From NCBI RefSeq assembly GCF_000002075.1, contig NW_004797660.1, forward strand, positions 327,071 to 391,070: DNA of 64,000 bases, given 5' to 3'. This stretch comes from Aplysia californica (taxonomy: Eukaryota). Numbering within the stretch: the stretch's first letter is position 1; the number at the start of each line of letters is the position of its first letter. Below, one piece after another: positions 12,701 through 24,990 of this stretch. Below the pieces are notes generated by a model, which saw only the letters and a program-made list of their open reading frames with translations, was not told where the DNA came from and searched no databases. The position numbers and the translations under genes were made by a program.

Positions 12701-15700
12701 TGTTCAAAAGAAAGTTGCTTGTACAAGATTAGATCTAGCTCTATCTGTGATCTGGAGCTCAGAAAACTTGAGATACATGAATGCTAAAGCATGGTGTTCA
12801 CTGCTTAGAAGACTCTTAAAAACCAAGTATGAAACATTATTAGCGCCATAGAGCTTATCAATCAGAACTCTTCCTTTTCAATAGGACCGATGGTCTTGCC
12901 TAGTCTTGTTATCATAGTCACTTTGTACGCAGTGTTGTAATTTAGTTTCTTGTACCAGCGATATTCTGTTCAGATTAACCTAATGGAAGCAGAACAAATT
13001 TGATCTTTTCAATTTTGGAAACTATTTCAACAGCCTAGCTTTGCCTTATAAAACAAAAAAGACTTAAGAAGATCTCTGTGTGAGCATCTATATAACACTG
13101 CAAAACTTTTGTTTTTGTTTCTGTAAATGAAGAGTGTACTGTTCACTTTTTTACTGATTAATTGGCCTAGCCACAACTATTGTCTGCCCTCAATTATGGC
13201 TACATCTCCTTTACCAGAATCGGCCTCTTTTAGATTACTACTACCGGACTGCCACTGGCTTTGTGTTTGTTGTGAACAGTGCTGACCTTGAGATGATGGA
13301 TGAAGCTTTTGATCAGTTTGACAGTTATATTCTGCAGGTGAGAAGTAATGTGTGTGTTATTTTAATTGCAGTAAGAGGCCATAAGTACTCTCATATTATC
13401 TTATGACAGGACTGTGTATACCCTAAANNNNNNNNNNNNNNNNNNNNNNNNNNNNNNNNNNNNNNNNNNNNNNNNNNNNNNNNNNNNNNNNNNNNNNNNN
13501 NNNNNNNNNNNNNNNNNNNNNNNNNNNNNNNNNNNNNNNNNNNNNNNNNNNNNNNNCAAGGAAAAGAAGAAGAGATAGATTGTGTTTGTGTTGAAATAAT
13601 GCTATAATTAAATTCAGATTAAGCGTCGCAGAAGCTGGTGACAGCACACTGTTTATTTCTTCCATTCGACGATCAGTCAAGGTTTTGCTAATTCATTTTG
13701 CTTTATTTCACATATTATTGTGGAAGTACAGTTGTTACCTGTTTGTTATTTCTTGATTCAGAGGCATTATATCAGGGACATGTCAGTTAAAATCATGTAT
13801 GAGCTGTCAAACTTTCTTTTTGTGGGTGAAAGGCAAGCACCCAATCCTTACACAAAAAAGGATGATCTAGTGCAAAATTTGAAAGTTCATTTCAGAGTTG
13901 TGACGTCCTGACATGTGATAGATAATACCCTTCTGTATTCTGTTTTGTTAAAAATTTCTGAGACAATTGAGAGGAAAGTATGAAATAATACCTCTTCTGG
14001 ACGTAAGGTATTTTATTGAGTATCTCTACCTTTCTGCCTGGGATATTTCCTGTACTTCTCTGGTTTTTCCCTTACAGAAAGAGTCAAAGCATAGGTCTTT
14101 GAAATGATCAAAATAGTGTCAGTTGAGACATGAAAAACTTTGCACTTTTTGTGCTGGGGTCATCGAACAGTCTTTAACTTCTGGGCAAGAGTGATTTGAT
14201 CTAATTCTTTACCAAGGTTTGTTTGGGTTCACGTGAAAATTAATGCTTTATTCGGGTTGTCCGAATGAAACTATTGTATGTGGAAATTGAGCTTCACATG
14301 ATTAGATGTGAGATTGTCAGGGAGCAAACCAATTGCCCTTATCCAGAGAATATATATATATATGAAGAAGCTTTGCACAAAATTTGTATCTTCCTGAGCA
14401 ATTCAAGAAACCTTGTATTTTTATTTACTGTAGAGATTTGTTTGTGCCTTTGAATATAAGGAAGATGTATGTCATTGATTGAACCTAATGTCTAATTGTC
14501 CGGCTGATTTAAATTCATTTGTCCTTTTGATTGCTGAACACAGTCTTGTCAAAGTCCGATAGAGTGATAGTCTATTCAGCGGGATATGCCTTTGTGAAAA
14601 CACCTTACAGTCAGGATCAGGAAAAAAGTCAATGTTTGTCTATCCCTGTGTGTTTCAGAAAGAGGAAACGAAAGGAAGAGTGGTGATGATTCTGGCAAAT
14701 AAACAAGACTTACCCCGTGCTCTGAAATGTGAGGAGCTGGAAAAGAAATTCAGGGAGAGGTTCCCTGACACTCCGGACCGCAGTAAGTTGGTATACACTA
14801 ACATTTAAAAGAAATATGAAGAAATAATATATGCCTCAACATGCAGAAACATTCAACTGTATGCAGAAATGCATCAACATAAACATGAATTCTGCACTGT
14901 AAAGAAACAGGAAAGGAAGTGCACTACTTGAAGTACAGACAAGGCTCACCGTGTCTTTTTTTATTCCTTTACTTGCATTTTTTTGGGGGGGGTGTTTGTA
15001 ATTATGGTAAGGAAAACAACACAGTCTAAAGCAGATGCCAGCCCTGTTGTCCATCATAGATAAATAAGGAGCGGAAATTTTTTTTCCCTCATTTCTCATG
15101 TCTTTTGTTTTTGCAAATGGGCTCTTTCTGAATAAGGAACACTTTGCCAAGGGAAAAAAAGACACAGAAAAGGCGTTTAACAAAACAGCATTAGCAAGTA
15201 ATTTATTCTTATTTGCTTTAGAGGTTTTTAAAAATATTTTTGTCATCAACCCTCTTATCCATCTCTTTAGAAAAGTCTGAGTTCCTCAGGGAACTAGAAA
15301 AAAAAAAAAAATGGAATGAAAACTTAGTTGGATGGCTTTTCAGGTTTGAACATAACAATATTAGGCTATTTTGAGTTTGTGCAATTGCTTCTAGAATGTG
15401 ATTTTGTCTCTTCTAAAACAGTTGTAGGCATTTTACACCCCCTTCAACATAATTAAGATCATTTAGGAGGTAGGCTGCTTCGACCCTGCCTGTCATTGCT
15501 GATCCAGGATGAGAGCGATACAATATCACGGTAGAAAGACAGAGTTACTGGACAAAATTTCTCCCCACTCAGTAATCAAATTCACGTTTTTTTAACAACA
15601 GTGCAACAGTAATGTGCCTAACCACTAAGCTACAGTTGCCATTAATTCTTTTCATATTTACCACAAATATATGTTTTTGTGTCCATAATATGTTACATGC

Positions 15701-16080
15701 ATAGTTTGCATATATGCTTTGGCTGCTTTTCAAGCAGACACCTGAGTGTTAGCAAAATTTCCCCACCCGGATTTTAAATCTATATCAGTCTTTATATTAA
15801 CATTTCCTTTCATTGACCTATTACTTCAATGCCAAACACTGTCTCTATTGGTCTCCCCACAGAGATTTTCTTCCAACCTTGCATTGCATACACGGGAGAA
15901 GGTATCCGTGAGGCCTTTGACATTTTTACCACTGAACTAAAGCTCAACCAAGCAACCTCTAACATTAACATGAAAAGTTCTGTTGAAGGAGGAGATGTGG
16001 CTGAGAGTCCAAAGGAGAATTCCATGAAGTTGCTCTTCAAAAAACCCATGAGTTTCGTGAAGTCTGTGCTAATGTATTGA
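6747..16080 (+). CDS. ADP-ribosylation factor-like (ARF/ARL) small GTPase, atypical, 222 aa, 6 coding exons
   Basis: Exons 6747-6801, 10006-10083, 12593-12666, 13218-13337, 14659-14782 and 15863-16080, all GT-AG with matching phases (669 nt). Protein: MGNFQVKKKVDPQHIIIQGLDAAGKSTLLYNLRYGEINSSYAIIGFPIETLSFKGIDITSWDISGRCAHNRPLLDYYYRTATGFVFVVNSAD...ILANKQDLP...IFFQPCIAYTGEGIREAF...KSVLMY. Shows Gly2, the GLDAAGKS P-loop, NKQD and a CxAxxGEG G5 typical of ARFs. Confidence 0.88.
7330..7520 (+). mobile_element. LINE 3' end fragment with CCHC knuckle and (GAA)n tail
   Basis: Translates HNILQDCPQL...RQKYWP....HQKLYG, a typical non-LTR ORF2 C-terminus; ends gaagaacaaagaagaagaag. Confidence 0.55.
7940..8490 (-). 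mobile_element. tRNA-derived SINE, diverged copy 2
   Basis: gggatctctttaacatgtgcaacttgcaca and gatcaggggtgtagctgagagacagcagtaagaa match the family; head near 8430-8490. Confidence 0.7.
8580..8828. mobile_element. MITE with ATAT target duplication (Sola1-like non-autonomous, tentative)
   Basis: atat-ggtcgcttttaag ... cttaaaagcgacc-atat, perfect inverted ends. Confidence 0.65.
8888..9362 (+). mobile_element. tRNA-derived SINE, copy 3
   Basis: Partial head with ggattcgaatac B-box, pyrimidine-rich body, ttaaagatccc core and atatgaccttatgcagttgc tail. Confidence 0.8.
10471..11127. mobile_element. Diverged pogo/Tigger-type MITE
   Basis: TA-cagt...actg-TA termini with ctcgaa/ttcgag subterminal motifs. 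Confidence 0.5.
11134..11332. mobile_element. 199-bp Tc1/pogo-type MITE
   Basis: TA-cagtgcagcctctctataac ... gttatagagaggctgcactg-TA, 20-bp perfect TIR. Confidence 0.85.
11645..12130 (-). mobile_element. tRNA-derived SINE, copy 4
   Basis: Reverse complement of the family, including the B-box (ggattcgaactc on the + strand). Confidence 0.8.
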
Positions 16081-18977
16081 ATGATTAAAATACATCCATC
16101 TAAACTGTATCTAGTTGTACTTTGAATTTTGTCAATAAATATGAGATTACTTGTGCTGTCAGTAACTTTAAAAATGTTTGCCGAGGAAAAAATTGTCAGA
16201 TTCTGGACCCTTTCAACATACCATTAAAACAGAAACTATAACTTTAGAGTTTTTGCGGGGCGTGACTACTTTCTTTGATCTTTCAAAAAATGTGATGTTT
16301 ATAATATTATGATATATAAAACACTTTATACAAAAGTCATTTGAATATGAATTATGTTCTTTCTGGCTCTCTGAAAGTCTTTGTCTAGTTGTCTTTTTGA
16401 CAGAATTTCTTTTTATTTGTCTACTTCTCTTGGGCAGGCATGCATATGCTCAAATACATACACATAGGCAAACCATCGTTCAGACATCCCTTTCACTATG
16501 TGTCTGCATCAATATCTTTACTCTGATATTTCCTGTATTCTTGAGCCAAATTGTCTTTGCGATGATTTCGTCGGAGATATTCATCATGTTTTGTGAATGA
16601 ATCAGAAGTAATTAGTCATAGTTTTGCTGTTTGTCTTGTCTTGTGTAGTTATCTTTATCTCTAAACAATGCTTTTCTAACTTCATCCCACCTCTCCCTTC
16701 TTTTTCATTTCACTGTTCTTCTGCGAAACAGCATTTATTTTTTGGCGAAATTGTCTCTAGATGCATAATACATGGTATGTGATAATACTATTGTATCAGA
16801 TAGAGTTGCTTTATCTTGTCTGTCAGCAAGAGCACACTGTGACCTTTTGCATTCCTTATATATGTAATTCTAAAATTCAATACAAAATTCATTAAGTTTC
16901 TCTTGAGTTATTTTGCATTTGCTTTTATTTCCGTACTTCTGTTTGGGTTTCTGTGTGTTCTACTGTGAGGACACCTTACAAGTGCAGGGCATTGAGTTTG
17001 GTATTTTTTAAAACCAGAACTCTTGACTTTCCTCACAATAATCAAGATAAGTTTTGAGAAAGAGAGAGAAAATGCTGTACCAAATTTTGTGTAAGCATAC
17101 ACATAAACAGATAACATTGTTTAATGCAATACTGAGTAGAATCACTTGCATTGGGAATTTTACAAACCATTAATGACTATTGTTAGGGATCAAGTGGCTG
17201 GTATGGTAGGTGCCACAAGCATTGTTTTGTGTATTTGAATTCAGAAAAGGGTGTGATATTTAAGGAAGCTGATACAGAGCATACATTTATTAATTGAAGG
17301 TTTTCCTGACTCTTTTTTTTCCACTTCAAATTCTCTTTGTGGACATATTGTTTGTTTTGTTTTTTTAATTGTTTTGTAGTTCTAAAAGAATAAGAAACCA
17401 TTAACAGACTTTAATTTGTCTTTTCATAATGCATGTTCTATACTGAAGGGGTGCAGGAGTCGTATGTTTTTGGTAAACTGGACCTTCAGTCAACATTTGG
17501 GCTAAAAGAGAGTTCGAAACAAGACAGAGTTATTATAGAAGAAAGATAATTTGTCTTTACAAAAAGTATATATTCTATGCTGTTGGTGGTGGGACAGCTC
17601 ATTATCTATGTCCGTCAGCCAGCTCCCTCACTGTGAGATAGTGGTAAAACCTAATTCTTTTCCTGTTATATATAATCACACATGTGTTCAGTTCTTGCTT
17701 CTGTGAGACTGTGTTGCATATTCATAAAAAAACAGCAGCACTGTTTGAACCTACAGTCTACCTACTTTCCCCTTATTATTAAGGGTCAAAGTCTCAGTGT
17801 GAGTAGAAAAAGTAAGGAACCGAAATGGTAACCGGAGAAGCTGAACATTATAAAATGATTATAAATAATAAACAGCATTTATATAGGGCATAACCCCACT
17901 GTACAGCAAGCTCTATGCACTTTACACTAGATCTATATATATTATTACCCCAGCAGAAAATAGAACGCTCGGAAACATTCTCAGCTTTCCAGGAAGCATA
18001 CAGTGCAAGCAGCTGATTAAACACTCAAATACTAACAAACTCACAAGATCTTTCACTGAAAGATTATTCAGGTATATTGCTGCATCTCCAATACTTAGTT
18101 CCCATTGACATATATGTAGCTTTGAGAGAATCACCAACATCCAATTAGCAGGTAAATTTTTTAAAGCATCTGTCAATTAATAAAGAAAATATTATATAGG
18201 CCTGCCTTGCCACATCAAAAAGCCTGTATCAAACTTCTGATTTTGGCTCCAGACTTTGACCTCTCTGTATACATGATGAATGAGAACAGAAATGTATTTT
18301 TGAGGGTGTTTTTTTCTTGTCACAATATTGTTATTTGAAACAAATTTCATGCAGAAAGCTGTCGTTTCTGGGTTGTTAAAAATTACTATTAACTATTGAG
18401 ATGGAGTGTCGTATTGAGTTGGCTGTAGACAGAAAATTTTAACTTTTCTGAAGGTTATGATTGTCATTCCATGAATTAACATTGAAAGACAGAACAAAAA
18501 ACAACCCCCCCCCCCCCACACACACACACAATGAGGATTGTTAGAATCTTAACTTTTTCGGAATAAGCCTATGAAGCAAAATCTTAACGTTTAACTAATA
18601 CGAAGCAAAAATGCATTGACATGATCTGTATGCAGCGAAAGAGACATAATTATAACGGAAAGTTAATGTAAATTGCTACGACTACTAGATAAATCGTGCA
18701 GTTTGTTTTCTTCGCTGCTACACACAAGAAATTGCCCTTGACCTCTGAACTTACCCGATAAAAACAAACAGTTCATGCGCAGCCGTTTGACAATAATATA
18801 ATATTATGTTCTTAAACATTTAAATACTTAATATATAAGTATTAAAGTATTATTGCCCTTGCTGTCTTGGTGTCAATGAAAGTAGATCTACGACTTGACA
18901 GCATTTCCGGGAGAGAGTCGTGGAAATATCCACGGCTCATCAGCCACGGTGGATCCAGCTGTGGAGAGCTAATAATA

Positions 18978-19128
18978 GAAATCGCAGTGGCTACGTTCAC
19001 GGTGCCGTGAACGTAGTCTGAAGGCTAGGTTCACGGCGCCCTGAATGTAGTTGGCAGACGCTGTTGAGGCTACTTTCACAGCACTCAAGCTTCGTTTAGA
19101 GTTAGACGGAGTGTCCACTGCCGGTTTT
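18978..19128 (+). repeat. Palindromic 34-bp-unit block, copy B
   Basis: gaaatcgcagtggctacgttcacggtgccgtgaacgtagtctgaaggctaggttcacggcgccctgaatgtag...ccactgccgg. Confidence 0.85.
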
Positions 19129-19130
19129 CG

Positions 19131-21000
19131 TAGTCAGTGACTACAGTGACGTATATTTAATATTTTGGCCAGCTTCAAATGCTCCATCCCATGAGATGAA
19201 GGAAAACGAAAAAGCCCGGGAACCGACACAGAGAGAAAATGACGGGAATAATTATTATCATAATAGCAAACACCCTCTCTCTCTTTCTGGTCTGTCTCTC
19301 CCCTTTCTCTTTCCTTCTCTCTTTCTCCCCCCCCCCCCTCTCTATTTTCTTTGCCTCTGTCTGTCTGTCTGCCCCCCCCCCTTCTCTCTCCCTCTCTCTT
19401 TCTCTCTCTCTCCCCCCGGAGTTGTGAGTAAAAATCATTTAGCCCCAGAGCTCCCGGGCAGGAAACTGCATCTCACATAGAGGCATATGCCTTGTTACGC
19501 CACTTTGTGAGAATATATGCCGAGGCATATGACCGCATACGCCATGGTATGAAGATGTTTCGTTTTGTTTTCTCGCTTGTGAATGAGGGGGGTGTGTCTC
19601 ATTTCATGTTTAGTAGTCTTGCTGATTCTGTCTCGTTGCATCTTTGAGGGACTTTTATACGCTTCCTTACCATTAGTTCAAGTAGACACGTGTTGTTCTG
19701 GTACCTGTGCTGTAAATGTTATCCTTGCTTTCTCAGCGTTTGATGTTCATGCACCCATAAAGATATGGTATTTTAGCTCATTTGTAAGCTTATAATTATA
19801 AACATTCACTTTTTAAAATATTTTCTACTAGTAAAAGTATTTTATTAGGTCCATGAGTCCCCAAAGATATGGTATTGCAGAAAGTTCTGATTATATTGAT
19901 GATTTAGATGCAGACCCGTCTTTCAAACCTGGTTTCTATGTCATGCAAGAAGAACATATTTGCTGCTTGTGGGAGGTGTGTATTGCTCCTGTATTATACA
20001 TACAGTCACTTTGTGGAAGAAGCATGCTCATTGTAGTCTTTTTTAAAAAACACATAGCATCGTGAGTAGAAAACAGATAAAGCCAGAAGAGAATAACTGT
20101 TGTCGTTGGATATTGTACTCGACCTGAAAATTTCATGGTAGAAGGTGCTGCCAAGGAAGTGACTGCTCAGAAAGGTCTACAGTCCAATAAGTATAAATCA
20201 GCTAACCACAAAGGACATTTTGGAGAGGAGTTCCTTAGCCCTATAACTGAAATACATTTTGGCGTTCACGGGCTTCGAGACAGGTGTATGAATTTGAAAG
20301 CTATGAGAAATATTGTCAAAGCTGTCACACTATTGCGAATGAAGCACACAAGGAAATGTTCCAGCAATATTACAGACTTAGAGACCATCACCTACAACGT
20401 GAGTTCGTTGTTGGTCACATGGACTGCTCTGAATCTATGAAAGGGGCAAGCTGTTCTCGCGGACAGAAAACCAATACATATTACTTGAACTTGACTGTCA
20501 ATGGAATTCCGCCATCTATAAGACAACATCAGAAAAAAGAGGATGATTATGCCCAGCAGTTGTCAAAAAAAGAGATAAAAAAACTTACCATCCTTATTAA
20601 TGCTTTAATTACGAGATTCACCGCTGTAGGTCAATTTCCAGTTAAAAGGACTTGCTCTCAAACATGAACTGAAGAGGAGACAAAACAAAGGCTGAACAAT
20701 CGTATCCACGGAAAAGCCAAAGTGAGAAAACTTAAAGAAGATGCTTTCAGTTGCAATATAATCATAAGCTGAAGTGGAACAGACTCAACAGAGACTATTC
20801 AATAACTATTTATTTCCTACTAACCCATCGTACCAAGCATTGACCTTTCAGCCCCAGAAAAATCAAGTCAAAGACGTTCCATTGTCAGCACTGAACCATG
20901 AACAGCCTAAAAGGCTCCCTATTGCCAAGCACACTTTTCATCAGACTGGGGGAACACACAATGTTCTTTTAACTTTGCCACACGTAACTTAAATAACAGG
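19131..21000 (+). mobile_element. Degenerate DNA transposon relic (Sola-like), longer copy
   Basis: Matches 2325-4222 along its length and extends further. It has a small deletion at the FPAVDSH motif and many stops. Confidence 0.55.
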
Positions 21001-21194
21001 CTACCACTTACACTGTGTTTTGGCATTGAAGTGCCTTTCCAGATCATTTTAATCTTTCTTAACAAACACTTGCGCAATAGTTCATTGATTAACATTGATT
21101 ATGGGCAAATACGTTTATAAGGTATTACACAAATTCATTACACAAGCTCAGAATTTATCTTTCTACTAATATTGTTCTTGTCTAAGGATGGTGC

Positions 21195-21345
21195 GCAGCT
21201 CCTTCTTTCCTATCAAACAACTATCGTACGTATCTCTCCTCCTCCTTTTTTGTGTATGTTATTCTCTTGTAACACCTCTAATCTTCGGCACCTATATGAC
21301 CTTATTGAATTGCAAGTGCTGTAAAACTCTTACTAAAACTAAAAG
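21195..21345 (+). mobile_element. Short 3' tail of a second I-like LINE/SINE family; other copies at ~6050-6205 and ~9750-9915
   Basis: Shared ttcctatcaaaca...taacacctctaatc..gcac.tatatgacc...ttgcaagtgctgtaaaact..actaaa. Confidence 0.7.
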
Positions 21346-22020
21346 CAGTCCTGAAAGAAAGGATATGTGCAGTACTAGTAATTTTATGCTCATTGTATTG
21401 TGCAAATTCTGCATAATACCTTGAAGACAAGTAAGAAAGCTTAACTCTTAAAGTTATTTACATTTCATATCGTGGAGACCCCAAATCTGTTTCTGTTTCT
21501 TTTTCTTGTTGTTTTTCACTCCCCAAAATAGATCACTTTGGCATATTGAGTTGATAAACCTGTTCAATAATCAAGAAAAAAATCCCTTTTCTCTTTATTC
21601 TATTACCAAACGATGTGGCGTATTGTCAGTCTTGTGTCTTTACGGACATAATTATGTTCTCACAAACAGACGTATCAGCTATTTTAAACAATTTCTTAAA
21701 AACTGATAAAGCAATATCTGTAGTCATTATAGGGAATGATAAATCAGTGGTTGTACTAATATCTTGCCAAAAAATGAAACGAAAAAGCTAATGGTTATGC
21801 CACAGCAAGAATTTAAAAAGTGTCCAAAACTTTGAAATGCTCTCCTGAAAAATGCCAAAAATGCTCTTACGCCCTTTNNNNNNNNNNNNNNNNNNNNNNN
21901 NNNNNNNNNNNNNNNNNNNNNNNNNNNNNNNNNNNNNNNNNNNNNNNNNNNNNNNNNNNNNNNNNNNNNNNNNNNNNNNNNNNNNNNNNNNNNNNNNNNN
22001 NNNNNNCCCAGAACGAGATA

Positions 22021-22944
22021 CAGTGGAAACCTGATATAACAGGGATGGTGGGAGTAGAGAAAATGTCCTGTTATATCCGATCCCTGTTAAATCAGAAATG
22101 CAAGGAAAGTAAGCATTTGTGGACTAATCCAGCTGTACTTATTTATGGGTAGTACCCACGAACAGGGATTTTGGCACCAACTCCCTCCTTGCCTACTTAA
22201 ACCACATCAGATGAGCTTGGTCCATAGCATCTGCATCGAGTAGTCTCATCTTCTTTCGATCCAGAGCAAACTTTGCATTGGAGTATGCTGCCACTACCTT
22301 CTCTCTATCCTTGATAATGGTAATGGTGTGAATCGACCCTTGTGTGGAATTTCGAACTGACGACAGATCTCTGCCAGAGGAGCTTGCTTTTTGTCAACAG
22401 CCTGGGTTATTTCGTATTATTTGTCAATTAAAAGGCATTTTCTCTTGCGCTTGACATCGTTGGTGACACATGTGACATTAGTCGTGCGTGTCGCGTGTTG
22501 CGTGTTGCTAGGTTTCGGGCTAGATCGAGGTCTGCAGCACACCGCAGCCCTCTCTCACTTCACACGCTGCGTGTGCTTGCAGTGACATGGCTTGCGTGGG
22601 CTTNNNNNNNNNNNNNNNNNNNNNNNNNNNNNNNNNNNNNNNNNNNNNNNNNNNNNNNNNNNNNNNNNNNNNNNNNNNNNNNNNNNNNNNNNNNNNNNNN
22701 NNNNNNNNNNNNNNNNNNNNNNNNNNNNNNNNNNNNNNNNNNNNNNNNNNNNNNNNNNNNNNNNNNNNNNNNNNNNNGTCAACGAGCCTTTGTCCCTGCT
22801 ATAACCGGTTGGTCTCCAATGAGGCCCTGTTATTGCCGGTAACTTTTAATATAGACAAAGAGTAGGAAAAAACGGGGATTAAAAAAAACCCTGTTATTAC
22901 CGGATCCCTGTTATTACCGGGCCTGTTATATATGGTTTCCACTG
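22021..22944 (-). mobile_element. Tigger/pogo internal-deletion derivative
   Basis: TIRs cagtggaaacctgatataacagg / cctgttatatatggtttccactg with TA flanks. The minus strand at ~22220-22450 retains HTH-psq-like remnants (AEICRQFEIP, TIIKDREKV, DRKKMR). Confidence 0.75.
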
Positions 22945-23299
22945 TATTCATTCTTTCATTCAAACTATTTGCAAGCGTATTTCATATCATGTATGCATTT
23001 TTATACAGTAAAGAGATAAGGAAAGTTGATAGCACGGTTATCTTTTTTTTAATTTCTTGCAACTACGAGACTCGTAGATTCTATGTTCAATGCCCTTCAG
23101 AGCTTCCAAAACACCAACAACGAAGAGCTGAACAGAAAACTAATGAAGATTGAAAAACAGAGCAGTTACAAATGCCTCACAAAACCTGGACGTAACAGTT
23201 ACTTGTGTTCATTAGTTTTAATTTTGTTTTTGTTCAGGAGCTGTTGGTTTCTTACCGAGCTCGAAACCTCTTTTGCACACAGACCCTGTAAGATTTTGA

Positions 23300-24216
23300 A
23301 CATTTGTCAGTGAGGAACAGAGGCTACGAAACTGTCATGGTTTTGGGTGGCCTGGGGTGGAATGAACAAAGCTGCTCTCGTGAGAATCACCGGATGCCTT
23401 GGTTTAGTGGACTCCATCGCGCAAGTGCTGGAACGCCATCTCTTACCCTTTTTTTTCTTCAAGGTGTTATTCAAGTAGAGCTAGTCATCCCCATGCGAAA
23501 CACGGCATTTTCTCATAGGGTCAATGCCATTACAGAATTCTTAAAAAACCAAATCAAGTCAACGTTCGAATAGTTAGCAGCAAACAGCCTTGATATGAAT
23601 CCTACAGGTATGTGAAGTCCCATGAAACAGCGGCTGAAGAAAAACGACTTTGCCCCCAATTCAGACCCTTTGTTTGCAACTCTCTGTGACATTTGAAATG
23701 AAATGACTGATAAATATGTCCAAAACTAAATTGAATTGATGCCCAAAGGTTTCGTGCACAACACAAAGCCAATGGTTTCTAAGTAAAATAACAATGAACA
23801 CAATTAGTGTTGAGTCGAAGTTTTGTGTGGTATCTGTGATTGCTCTGTTTTCCGTTTTGTTTGAAACTATCGTGACAAAATATCGTAACAAAATATTGCT
23901 TATTGCAAAGACACAATTCTCCATTCATTGGGCATTCAATATACCACCATTCGATCAATATTGATACTCTTCAATAAATGCGCAAAGACAATTTTATGTT
24001 TCTTTTATTTCGCACAATTTTGCCAAGCCTTATTTTTTAAAGGTCAATTTTGAGTGACAATATCTCGGGCGTCTCTGAAAATAGATTAAATATTAATGTG
24101 TCGGATGATGAAGAATTTATTTAGCATTAAATTGGTATGCTGCATGCGTGGGTAATGCAAGGCTTTAACACGATGACTGGGTGATTACATTTTCAAGTTT
24201 CTTTTGGACGCCACTG
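23300..24216 (+). mobile_element. Tc1-like transposon 3' relic
   Basis: Degenerate RNTAFSHR..ITEFLKNQ...NSLDMNP (cf. DNA..H...SPDLNPIE) and VQN.IELMPK...KANG. Terminus cttttggacgccactg-TA. Confidence 0.6.
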
Positions 24217-24811
24217 TATAACGGATTACGTTTACAGTAAGTTTTGCACGTCCAAACTTTTAGGAGTTTTCGCTCAAATTGGGCTCTTTCAGGGGGGGGG
24301 GGGGGGGGACACAAAAATATATAATGCGAAAAGTTGTTAAGATATCGTCATAATTTTCGGTATGTTGATTGATGAAACATTATTCTAGTGTAATAAGTAG
24401 TGTCGTAAAAAAAAAAAAAACTTGAATACATGATTTCATAATAAATTTAATCCGTTGTTTGGATCTGAGATTTTTTAGGTAAAAATATTCCCATATTTAG
24501 GACCTCGATTCTGGAAAAGTTTTTCCTCCTACATCAAAAATGCCAAGTCCATCCTCTAAAACAGCCACGGAAGGCTGCAAAACAACTTATTGTAACATTT
24601 AAAATCACTTATAACCTTATGATAGATTTTTTAAAAATGTGTGCATTTTCTATATATGACATTCCAATATGGCAGGCGTTACCATAGCAATACAAAAGAA
24701 TTTTCAAAATTTTACTTCATGACTTAATTCTCCACTCTTTTTATATTGATGCTACCCAATGATGCTACCACATTTGTAAGCAATTTCAAAATTTCCCCCG
24801 CTTCATGCCTT

Positions 24812-24990
24812 AAACCGGCAGTGGACGCTCCGCCTAAACGAAGCTTGAGTGCCGTGAACGTAGCCTCAACAGCGCCTGCAAAATGCATTCAGGGAGCCGT
24901 GAACGAAGCCTGCCAACTACATTCAGGGCGCCGTGAACCTAGCCTGCAGACTACGTTCACGTCGCCGTGAACGTAGCCACTGCGATTTTC
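24812..24990 (-). repeat. Palindromic 34-bp-unit block, copy C (inverted relative to A/B, one extra unit)
   Basis: Reverse complement of block B. Units gccgtgaacgaagcctgccaactacattcagggc and gccgtgaacctagcctgcagactacgttcacgtc are directly visible. Confidence 0.85.

Noticed and set aside
18755-18910. Distal 5' UTR exon of the EF-Tu gene with ARL nested in its intron
   Set aside because: No minus-strand polypyrimidine/AG acceptor is visible just upstream of the EF-Tu ORF.
24812-24990. CRISPR-like or integron-like array
   Set aside because: Units abut each other without unique spacers or cassettes, there are no cas or integrase genes, and the context is eukaryotic.
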